A stretch of 37,103 nt of DNA. Origin: a virus. Lineage: Duplodnaviria > Caudoviricetes. The stretch spans positions 1 to 37,103 of IMG/VR virus record IMGVR_UViG_3300027819_000035; one strand, 5' to 3'. Within the stretch, counting starts at the first letter, position 1. Every line of letters starts with the position of its first letter. The notes below the pieces were generated by a model that saw only the letters and a list, made by a program, of their open reading frames with translations, was not told the origin of the DNA and did not search any database. Both the position numbers and the translations under genes were made by a program. Below are positions 26,159 to 34,387 of this stretch, piece after piece.

Positions 26159-26677
26159 TTAGTTGCTTACTTCAGAGAGCTTTGTCCTTAAAGTATAATT
26201 ACCATAAAAAGAATCAATTTGATCCCAGTTAGAACATACAAATAAAGACCTTTTATTAAAAGGAGGATTAGGAATGTAGGAAAAAGATTCGACTCCGCCT
26301 CTCGCGAAGAAAAAGTGCTGAATCGCGGTTATTTCGGACAGGCCGCGATTCTCGAATGTAACGTCCAAAGTTATCAGCGAGTTATTAATACCGTCCTTTA
26401 TTCTTTGTTCATACCCTTCCCCAAATCTTACTACTTTTACTTTAGGGGCTTGACCTGCATTTGAAGAATATCCAGGCTTCCAAATAAATTCTGGTCTAGT
26501 TTGACCGTCAACATCAACAATCATACCCCCCCATGAAGCACTAGTTGGCGAAGGGGTATTGTTAAGATTGCTATTTTTAAGGGAATAATAGAAATAACTA
26601 CCTTGTTTGGCTATGTCCCAAAGACTATAAGTGGTAGTTGACGACCAGTTTCCGATATTGTAAATAGAACTACTCAT
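26159..26677 (-). CDS. Minor tail protein, lambda gpM-like, with N-terminal extension
   Basis: FIWKP, PKVKVVRFGEGYEQRIKDGIN, RGGVESFSY.P. Confidence 0.9.
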   Translation of the reverse strand: MSSSIYNIGNWSSTTTYSLWDIAKQGSYFYYSLKNSNLNNTPSPTSASWGGMIVDVDGQTRPEFIWKPGYSSNAGQAPKVKVVRFGEGYEQRIKDGINNSLITLDVTFENRGLSEITAIQHFFFARGGVESFSYIPNPPFNKRSLFVCSNWDQIDSFYGNYTLRTKLSEVSN

Positions 26678-26708
26678 TTAAACCTTTTTCCTTTTTATTT
26701 TTCCTTTG

Positions 26709-26735
26709 TTAATTACACCAAGGTTGTGTAATTAA
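26709..26735. promoter_or_regulatory. Back-to-back GTGTAAT motifs (divergent late promoters)
   Basis: Perfect inverted repeat TTAATTACAC-N7-GTGTAATTAA between divergent tail operons. Confidence 0.75.
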
Positions 26736-26770
26736 TATAAAGAAAACAGGAACAAGGTTTTTAAAAAGGA

Positions 26771-27634
26771 ATGCCGAACGATATAATAGCACAAGGAAGA
26801 GTTACTAAGGAAAACCAAAGACTATTTATCAATAGTACTGAAATTCCGGGCGTTCAAAATACTCAGCTAAACTATCAAATCAATGCCACTCCACTCAAAC
26901 ACCTTGGATTAAGCGGAATACAATATATTCCTAGAGGACCACAGGTTGGAAATGTTTCTATTTCTACTCTCCTTATCTCTGATGATCAATTTTTACAATA
27001 TACTGGTAATGTAGGATTTAATGGTTATGTAGTAAGAAGTAAGTCAAATACTACCAACAACTTTAGTTTCACTTCTGGATATTTAACATCTTATTCTTCT
27101 AGATGTGCAATCGGCCAAATACCACAAATTGAAGCAAATATCAGTGTTTTAGGAAACATAGGACAGCTTTCTAGTTCTGAATCGGCGGCAGTTTCAACTG
27201 ATTTGACAAATATCGCCGCCAGTAATTCTAATTTATTGTTAAAAATAGCTGATCCTGGTTCTATTAATATTGATTTAGGGGACTTTAACACCAATAGGTG
27301 TATTTCTTATGATCTTAATATTAATGTTCCTAGAAATCCTATTTACATTCAAGGACAACAAGCACCGATAAAAGTTGAAACAAATTGGCCAATTGAAGTT
27401 AATTGTAATTTTACAGCAGAAGTTGATGATTATACCCCAAAAACTCTAAATGACTTTCCGGAAAGCCCTAAAAAAAGAAATATTACAATTACTTTGAAAG
27501 ACCTGGACACCGCCGCAAATATAGTAAACTATGGTTTTTCAGGAATGCAATTAATAGGAGAAAATTATTCTTCTAATAATGACGGCCCGGTAACTATGAG
27601 TCTAAACTATCAGGGGTTTATAAATAGAAAATAA
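26771..27634 (+). CDS. Tail tube-like protein, paralog A
   Basis: Beta-rich; two TPLKHLG / NPIYIQG type motifs; GYLTSYSSRC shared with the next two genes. Confidence 0.55.
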   Translation: MPNDIIAQGRVTKENQRLFINSTEIPGVQNTQLNYQINATPLKHLGLSGIQYIPRGPQVGNVSISTLLISDDQFLQYTGNVGFNGYVVRSKSNTTNNFSFTSGYLTSYSSRCAIGQIPQIEANISVLGNIGQLSSSESAAVSTDLTNIAASNSNLLLKIADPGSINIDLGDFNTNRCISYDLNINVPRNPIYIQGQQAPIKVETNWPIEVNCNFTAEVDDYTPKTLNDFPESPKKRNITITLKDLDTAANIVNYGFSGMQLIGENYSSNNDGPVTMSLNYQGFINRK

Positions 27635-27635
27635 A

Positions 27636-28439
27636 ATGAGCTTATTTTTTGACGAGATTGACGCAATAATCGCGGGAAGTGGAATTTTAGCCGAAAGTGC
27701 TTCTATTTCTTCTGAAAATTCTTTATCTCCCTTGTACGTCTTAGGGAATAAAGGAATTATAAATCAATCCCCATCTGGGCCTTTAAGATCATCTTTTTCT
27801 TTTAACTATGTCTTAGAAAGTAATTATGATCCTGTTCAAAACATTGTTTCATATCTAAAAACTGGCCGCGAGACAACAAACTATGAGTCAACAATTGTTT
27901 CTTTAGGCGGAATCACTGGTAATTGTTTTTTGGATAGTTACTCTCTTAAATCTTCACCGAACGATGTTACTAAAGCAAACGTATCTTTTATATCGTTTCT
28001 TCCTTTAACTGGTTTCTTACAAGATAAAAAAGGAAACATAAATTATAATAGCTCCAATACTTCTGGAATTTCCCACGGCTGGACAACTTATTTCAGCAAT
28101 ATAAATAATAAAATATATGAAATGGATTATAGTTTCAAACCAAACTGGGAACCAGTCTATACTTTAGGATCAGTATTCCCACGGCAAATTCAATTTCTAG
28201 GGGCACAAGAAGACATGTCTTTTGTGAAGGATATTTATACCGGCATACAATTTTCTGGTCAAAATGCTACCGGATACTTCAATTTCACCGGACTACAAAC
28301 AACAGTTAAACTGTTTGGATTAATGAATTCAAACTCCTATACTATAGAAATATCAGGTAGCAAGGTTAAAAATACACAAGTAAATGCTTCATTAGATGAT
28401 ATTGTGCGTGTATCTTCTTCGGTCTCAAAATACTATTAA
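27636..28439 (+). CDS. Tail tube-like protein, paralog B
   Basis: SPLYVLG and EPVYTLG motifs; CFLDSYSLKS. Confidence 0.55.
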   Translation: MSLFFDEIDAIIAGSGILAESASISSENSLSPLYVLGNKGIINQSPSGPLRSSFSFNYVLESNYDPVQNIVSYLKTGRETTNYESTIVSLGGITGNCFLDSYSLKSSPNDVTKANVSFISFLPLTGFLQDKKGNINYNSSNTSGISHGWTTYFSNINNKIYEMDYSFKPNWEPVYTLGSVFPRQIQFLGAQEDMSFVKDIYTGIQFSGQNATGYFNFTGLQTTVKLFGLMNSNSYTIEISGSKVKNTQVNASLDDIVRVSSSVSKYY

Positions 28440-28447
28440 TAAAGTAA

Positions 28448-30616
28448 ATGTTTTATACCTATAAGGATTTTTTCGTTCAATTAAATGGCAATCAAGTTTA
28501 TGCCAACGACGCACAGCTATCTTTACAAGCCAATATAACCCCTGTTTATATATCTCAAAATAGACATGCCTTTGAGTATGTTCCTGAAAATGCTATTCAA
28601 GGTAATTTGAGGATGAATTATTATCTTACTGGAAAAGATTTCATTAAAGATTATCAAGTAACTGAATCAAATATCTCTGGAAACTTTGGGGGTCTATACT
28701 TTAATTCTGGTTATCTTAGAAGTTATAATTTAAATTGTGTTCCTAATACTCCTGTTATTGCAAGCACAGACCTTGTTTTCTTTGAGCAATTGAAAGGAGT
28801 TTTTAATCCACCCGCTCCAGGAACAACAGAATTAAATGTTCTAAATTTTTCAGATGCTACAATTACTAATCTAACAGGATACGCCCCGGAAATTACAGAT
28901 TTTATTGCTGGAATAAATTATACTTATAGTGCTGATATTAAACCTGTTTATTATTCTGCAACAGGAACAGGATTAACAGCTATAACTCCTGACAGAATCA
29001 GTTATGGTAGAAAAGAAGTAAATACAGAAATAATTGTAGATTTATTAAGTGGTGAATTACCAATTCAAGGAAGAAATGGTGGAATAATTGTTAATTTTAA
29101 TCATCCAAATATTCCTACACTGTCAGAATCAATAAGAACATCTGGTGTCTTAGTTCAAAAAAATATAACCTCCTCTGTCGGAAAAACCGTAAGAAACAGT
29201 TGGTCAATAATCCAACACTATACAGATTTACCGCCAGTAATAACTGGATTTACTTCTACTCCAATTGGCCCCGGTTCAGGAATTCAGATTTTAGGCTCTA
29301 ATCTGTTAAACACGATAGGAATAACCTATGCCGGAAATGTAAATTCTTACTTTGATTTTACCGTTGTCAATGATGGCCGTGTTTCCGGTAACATTCCCGC
29401 CGACATTAATTCTACTGGATATATTTTCTTAAAGTCTTTTGGAGGAGAATATACTACAAGTTCAGGCTTCAATATCCTTTATCCTAACATAGACGTACTA
29501 AATGTTGATCCCATTACAGGAAAATATAATGATATATTAACAATATCAGGAAATAACTTCTATAATATAGATAAAATATTATTCTCAGGGGTATGGTTTA
29601 AGACAGGAGTTGTAGCAGATAGCTTTAGAAGAATAAATTCACAGTTAATACAGGTTCCTGTTCCAGAATATTCCTCTTGGGGTGAAGTTTTTGTCATATC
29701 TTCTAATAGACAAAAAACAGGTATTTCTCCTTTCAAATTTGTAAATCAACCTGTAATTAGCGGTTTCTTTCCTACAACTGGAATTAGCGGAGCTTTAATA
29801 AATTTCAGCGGAATAAACCTAACGGGAATAACAGGCGTTCTTTTCAATGAGATTTTTGTAACAGGAGTAACCGTGACTTCCAATACTGGGTTTTTTACCT
29901 ACCTTCCGAGTGGAAACGTGAAAGGAACTGTTAAAGTCTTTGGATTAAGTGGAATAAATGCTTTTAGTAGAGACATTTTCTATCCAATAGTAACATTAAC
30001 AGGCATAAGTGGCTCTCCAAATTGGGTTAATACAGGAGTCGCTTTGTCAGGAATAAATTTCCAACCATCATTAATGTATAGTTTAGGAGATAATTTTTAT
30101 CAAGTAAGTTTCAATGGAGGAATAACAGGATTCAAATTAAAAGATCAATATACGCTGACTGGATTAGTCCCTATTGATGCTAAAACTGGCCCCGTTTATG
30201 TCTTTGATACTAGCGGAACAAATATGTATCCGTCAGCTATATCCTTTACAAAAAGAAATAATGCTCCAATAGTAACAAGACGCTACCCGGATCAATGCTT
30301 TTCGGGACAGTATTTTAAGGTATCTTTAGAAGGAACCGGCTTGTTTGATACTACAGGGATAATTTTAACCGGAATAGAAGTGGGAGTAAATATAGGAAAA
30401 TCTATAACAGGCTCAGGAATAGAAGTCTTTGGAGATTTGCTAGGCAAAAAAGTCACCCTTACTGGTCATTTTATCAGCGGCGCAGATGCTTGCACTACAG
30501 GGCTTTATGATGTATTAATTGTTACAAAAGAAGGAACAGGAGTTTCTTTAATGGACAGACAAAGAGGTTATCGAATCTATAGATGGCCTGCTTACTTTGG
30601 CGTGGTTACAACTTAA
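28448..30616 (+). CDS. Tail tube-like N-domain fused to about five IPT/TIG Ig-like repeats
   Basis: TPVYI, GYLRSYNLNC, KPVYY; then PVITGF.., PVISGFFP.., I.GxN(L/F) repeats. Confidence 0.7.
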   Translation: MFYTYKDFFVQLNGNQVYANDAQLSLQANITPVYISQNRHAFEYVPENAIQGNLRMNYYLTGKDFIKDYQVTESNISGNFGGLYFNSGYLRSYNLNCVPNTPVIASTDLVFFEQLKGVFNPPAPGTTELNVLNFSDATITNLTGYAPEITDFIAGINYTYSADIKPVYYSATGTGLTAITPDRISYGRKEVNTEIIVDLLSGELPIQGRNGGIIVNFNHPNIPTLSESIRTSGVLVQKNITSSVGKTVRNSWSIIQHYTDLPPVITGFTSTPIGPGSGIQILGSNLLNTIGITYAGNVNSYFDFTVVNDGRVSGNIPADINSTGYIFLKSFGGEYTTSSGFNILYPNIDVLNVDPITGKYNDILTISGNNFYNIDKILFSGVWFKTGVVADSFRRINSQLIQVPVPEYSSWGEVFVISSNRQKTGISPFKFVNQPVISGFFPTTGISGALINFSGINLTGITGVLFNEIFVTGVTVTSNTGFFTYLPSGNVKGTVKVFGLSGINAFSRDIFYPIVTLTGISGSPNWVNTGVALSGINFQPSLMYSLGDNFYQVSFNGGITGFKLKDQYTLTGLVPIDAKTGPVYVFDTSGTNMYPSAISFTKRNNAPIVTRRYPDQCFSGQYFKVSLEGTGLFDTTGIILTGIEVGVNIGKSITGSGIEVFGDLLGKKVTLTGHFISGADACTTGLYDVLIVTKEGTGVSLMDRQRGYRIYRWPAYFGVVTT

Positions 30617-30619
30617 TTT

Positions 30620-31417
30620 ATGAAAATAAGCGGAATATACAAAATAATTAATAAAATTAACCAAAAATATTATGTCGGCAGCAGTAATGATATAGAAAAA
30701 AGGTTTCGCGCTCACAAACAACATTTAAATGGAAACTACCATACAAACACAAAATTACAAAATGCTTGGAATTTATATAATAAAAATGATTGGGATTGGA
30801 TAATAATCGAAAATGTTTCGTCAAATGAGCTATTAACAATAGAACAAAAATATTTGGATATAGCAAAAACCGAACAAGATAAATGTTATAATCTGTCATT
30901 TATTGCTGGTAGAATAGAAATGACAAATGAAACAAAAGAAAAAATTAGCATTAAAGCAATAAGTAGATTAAAAAATAAAGAAAACCATCCAATGTTTGGT
31001 AAACATCATTCAAATATATCTAGAGAAAAAATAAAAAATGCTAATAGCAAACCATATAAAGAAACATATAGCGATGAAAAATTAAAAGAAATTCTTCTTA
31101 AGAAATCAATTTCTTGCAGTGGCATAAATAATCCCATGTATGGAAAACACCATTCAAATGAAACAAAATTAAAACAAGCACTTCGTAAAAAAGGAACAAA
31201 ACACTCCGAAGAAACCAAAGAAAAAATAGGAAAGTCTTCGAGACATACTACTATTTTTAATCTAAAAAATAATAAAACCAATGATTTATTTACTGGAACA
31301 AAACATGATTTTATTGTAAAACATAATAACGGAAAAAAACACGGTATATTATATCGTATGTTTAAAAATATCAACCCCTACAAAGGGTGGGTTGTATTAA
31401 ACCAATGTACCATTTGA
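30620..31417 (+). CDS. GIY-YIG homing endonuclease with NUMOD3 motifs
   Basis: SGIYKIIN..YYVGSS..IEKRF..H, EQKYLD..YN; NHPMFGKHHS, NPMYGKHHSNETK, KHSEETKEKI. Confidence 0.93.
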   Translation: MKISGIYKIINKINQKYYVGSSNDIEKRFRAHKQHLNGNYHTNTKLQNAWNLYNKNDWDWIIIENVSSNELLTIEQKYLDIAKTEQDKCYNLSFIAGRIEMTNETKEKISIKAISRLKNKENHPMFGKHHSNISREKIKNANSKPYKETYSDEKLKEILLKKSISCSGINNPMYGKHHSNETKLKQALRKKGTKHSEETKEKIGKSSRHTTIFNLKNNKTNDLFTGTKHDFIVKHNNGKKHGILYRMFKNINPYKGWVVLNQCTI

Positions 31418-31831
31418 TATAATAACAGAGACCAATTCTTTTGTCTTTATCCTGATATTCTTTTCTTTAGTAAATTTACTCTTTAGGTGAGAGAATAAAG
31501 AAGACAAATCCGTGATCATATTCTTCTTTTTCTTGGTAACATCGTTTTGTGCTTTTGCCGCGTCAGACAGCTTGGAAAGAATTGTTCCAGCATCTTCGCC
31601 TGTTTGCTGTTGAACGACCCATCCGGCGATTTCCTTGTCTTTCAAAATATCTTCTTTATCATTCAAAACAATTACAAACTCATATTTTGTTTTCGGCGCG
31701 GTGGTTTCCTTATCTTGCTTAATTTCTTCCGCCGCTTTTTCTAGTTCTTTAATTATTTTTACTACCGTTGCTGGTTCTACTTTGAATTCTAGCATTTTGG
31801 CTTCAATTTCTTCTAAGCTTACTTTGGTCAT
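31397..31831 (-). CDS. Hypothetical protein (144 aa)
   Basis: ORF with AGAAAG upstream; 3' end overlaps the GIY-YIG gene by 21 nt. Confidence 0.8.
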   Translation of the reverse strand: MTKVSLEEIEAKMLEFKVEPATVVKIIKELEKAAEEIKQDKETTAPKTKYEFVIVLNDKEDILKDKEIAGWVVQQQTGEDAGTILSKLSDAAKAQNDVTKKKKNMITDLSSLFSHLKSKFTKEKNIRIKTKELVSVIISNGTLV

Positions 31832-31858
31832 TTTATTTTTCTTTCTATTGTTGTTTTA

Positions 31859-32242
31859 TTATTTTTTAATTGTTTCAAATTTCTCTATTGCTTTTTCATT
31901 TTCTTGTCTATTTTGTTTTTGAATTTCTTCCCAAGTTACTTTATTAGACGGCTGATTGAATATTGTTTCTTTCTCTAGTTTTTTGGGGGATTCAGTTTTT
32001 ACTTCAATTCTATTCTTGGGACGAAAAGAACTTTCCGATGTTAACAAAAAACTCCATATCCACCCTAATATAACTAACAAAACAATTGGAAAAACTAAAA
32101 TAACCGATGGTTTTTCATTCTTTGAAACTTCAAAGACTTTTGTTACTGTAATTTTTATTACAAAAAATGTAACAATAGCAATAAAAACCAATAAAACCTT
32201 AAAAAGAATACCTATTAATAGTATATTGTCCATAATTACCAC
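31859..32242 (-). CDS. Membrane protein with two hydrophobic helices
   Basis: Two hydrophobic segments then a charged tail; start may be the ATG at 32233. Confidence 0.75.
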   Translation of the reverse strand: MVIMDNILLIGILFKVLLVFIAIVTFFVIKITVTKVFEVSKNEKPSVILVFPIVLLVILGWIWSFLLTSESSFRPKNRIEVKTESPKKLEKETIFNQPSNKVTWEEIQKQNRQENEKAIEKFETIKK

Positions 32243-33142
32243 TTAGTTGTTTGTCGAACTAAAGGACTTATTAAAAACACCAAACATAAGACTAGGATTT
32301 TTAATTGCCTCAGACGGAAGAATTATAGTTTTTGTTTGATTGGTAGAAATATTCTCCCAAATTCTTAATGCGCGTTGCATCACAAAAGCTTCGCTAACCC
32401 CTTCAGACAGTTTCTTATCAACAAGAACCTGTGTTTCAGCTTCCTTAAGATCAACTTCTTGCCGCTTTATAGCTACTTCTAGTGCCCCCTGAGCTTCTTG
32501 AAGATTGATTTGCTTTTGTGATTCCGCCCGTTTAATTCCAATCTCACGCTCTTTAGCTGTTTCTTGAGCATCAATAACAACTTTTGGAGGCTGAATATCG
32601 GCTAATCCAAAATCAATAAAAGAAATTGGTGAGCTTGCGGTAGTATCCCTAATCTCTTTTAGCAACTCTTGGCTTATAGATTCGCGGTTTAACATTAACT
32701 GATCAATAGAGTATTTTGTGACAATGGTTCTTGTTACCTCTCTAACAGGATTTTGGCCATAAGTCAAATAAACATCGTCCATGTCTGTTCTGCTAACCCT
32801 ATCACTAACAACTTTAGGTGAAATACGGGCAAAAATCTTATCCACATTTTTCAAATCAGCAGATACGGTAGCAATACCTCTTACTTCTACAGTTAGATTT
32901 AGTTGATCTTTGGGCATAAAAACGGTCATGCTTTCCTTTATGGGTTTATCAGCCGTTTCAACTAATATAAGATTTTGATATTTCCCAAAAGCAGCATCTA
33001 GTCTAATTTTAGATGGGGGAATTATTCCTTCTTGAAGACCGGAAGCCGTGCTTAATTTCCCAACATGTGCGGGTGGAACATCACAAACAGGACCACAGCC
33101 TACACATGCCATAATACTTGTTATTAATATAATGTTTTTCAT
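32243..33142 (-). CDS. SPFH / band 7 domain protein with lipoprotein-type signal
   Basis: VPPAHVG, DQLNLTVEV, YSIDQLMLNRESI, LADIQPP, Ala/Glu coiled coil; N-terminal MACVGC lipobox-like. Confidence 0.85.
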   Translation of the reverse strand: MKNIILITSIMACVGCGPVCDVPPAHVGKLSTASGLQEGIIPPSKIRLDAAFGKYQNLILVETADKPIKESMTVFMPKDQLNLTVEVRGIATVSADLKNVDKIFARISPKVVSDRVSRTDMDDVYLTYGQNPVREVTRTIVTKYSIDQLMLNRESISQELLKEIRDTTASSPISFIDFGLADIQPPKVVIDAQETAKEREIGIKRAESQKQINLQEAQGALEVAIKRQEVDLKEAETQVLVDKKLSEGVSEAFVMQRALRIWENISTNQTKTIILPSEAIKNPSLMFGVFNKSFSSTNN

Positions 33143-33229
33143 TTTTATGTTCTTATGTTTTTACAATTACTGATTACTGTTTTTACTCTACATTCTAAAA
33201 TTTGTCAATGTTTTTATTTTGTCAATTTT

Positions 33230-34048
33230 TTATCCAACTTTTTTATAATATAAGTCAACATTTTTTATTGACAGTTTTTTCAATCTTTCTGTCAATTCAA
33301 AAGCTTTGTCATTTGTTAATTCATTTATTGAAGTTAATTTATCCGCACCGGGATAATTTTCTTTTGCTAATTTTACTTTTAATTGATCGAAAGTAACTTT
33401 CTTTTCTTCCATAAGAGAAGATAAAATTTTCTTAATATTGAACATAGGGTTTTGTTCAATTGGTTGATCATCTTCTTTTAAATTACTTAGAAAAATTTCT
33501 TCTCTACTAACGATATTTAGATTTAAATATTTCCTCACCGTTCTGTTGAATGCTCTATTTTCGGCAGTTTCTAAAATATAAGACCTAGAAAATAAATTAG
33601 TATTATTCAAAGTAGCCGACGCCATTGACTCAAAAACAATACTTCTCCCCTGCTCCTCAAACGAGGGAACCCACTTAATTTTACAAATAACAGCAGCATA
33701 AGTATCACTTGCATTTACCACGCGATATTCTACAGATTCTACCCCGCGCAACAAACTAAGGTGACGAATTCCGGCCAGCAATATAATAAGGTCTTTGTCT
33801 TCTATCTTATCTGTTTCTATGTCTAATTCTTCATATTTCTTTCCATATTTTTTTTCTATCTTAGACTTGTCTGTAGCATTGATATAAAGAAATTCTTTGG
33901 GTATCATTGCCCGCCAGTTAACAAATCCTTTTTCATCAAATATATAATTAACATTTGGCAAAAGACCCCTTCTGTCTCTTTTAAATAGATTTAAGGGTTC
34001 AGGGTCAGTTTCCTGTGATGGTGTTTCTTGTAATGTTTCTTGTATCAT
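33230..34048 (-). CDS. Probable single-strand annealing protein (Rad52/Sak-like)
   Basis: ILLAGI, ASA..NT, ETAENRAFNRTVR..LN..IVSREEI motif; small helical C-terminal domain. Confidence 0.55.
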   Translation of the reverse strand: MIQETLQETPSQETDPEPLNLFKRDRRGLLPNVNYIFDEKGFVNWRAMIPKEFLYINATDKSKIEKKYGKKYEELDIETDKIEDKDLIILLAGIRHLSLLRGVESVEYRVVNASDTYAAVICKIKWVPSFEEQGRSIVFESMASATLNNTNLFSRSYILETAENRAFNRTVRKYLNLNIVSREEIFLSNLKEDDQPIEQNPMFNIKKILSSLMEEKKVTFDQLKVKLAKENYPGADKLTSINELTNDKAFELTERLKKLSIKNVDLYYKKVG

Positions 34049-34153
34049 AAACTGAAAATCTTTCTGAAAATCTAATAAAATATAGAACCTGTTTATACTG
34101 ATACAGTTATCTCTTTAAGACTAACGATTGAAAGAGGTTTTCCGAAAATATTT

Positions 34154-34384
34154 TTACTGTTCTTTCTTCAAAAATTTTATCAATTCCGTCGATGTTTTGA
34201 ATTCTAACATACTAAACTTTTTATGATTAAGCAAGAACAAAGTATAGTCATTCTTGTATCTGTAAACGTCCCAATTCCCAAGTTCGCCACTTACCTTTTG
34301 ACCAGTCTCCATATCTAAAATCCGCGCAATATCAAAATCGGTCGGGTAAATAGAATTAGAATCTGCGTCTTCTGAAAAGGTCAT
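34154..34384 (-). CDS. Hypothetical protein (76 aa)
   Basis: ORF 3 nt after the vWA gene. Confidence 0.7.
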   Translation of the reverse strand: MTFSEDADSNSIYPTDFDIARILDMETGQKVSGELGNWDVYRYKNDYTLFLLNHKKFSMLEFKTSTELIKFLKKEQ

Positions 34385-34387
34385 GGG

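Noticed and set aside
4748-33396. Overlapping track ORFs (4748-, 5976-, 6470+, 7049+, 8947+, 10684+, 11486+, 13028+, 16209-, 17176+, 17933+, 18473-, 19020+, 25758+, 25980+, 27091-, 30657-, 31006-, 31547+, 31635+, 31956+, 33202+)
   Set aside because: Antisense or alternate-frame shadows of better-supported genes or tRNAs, lacking RBS and recognisable motifs.
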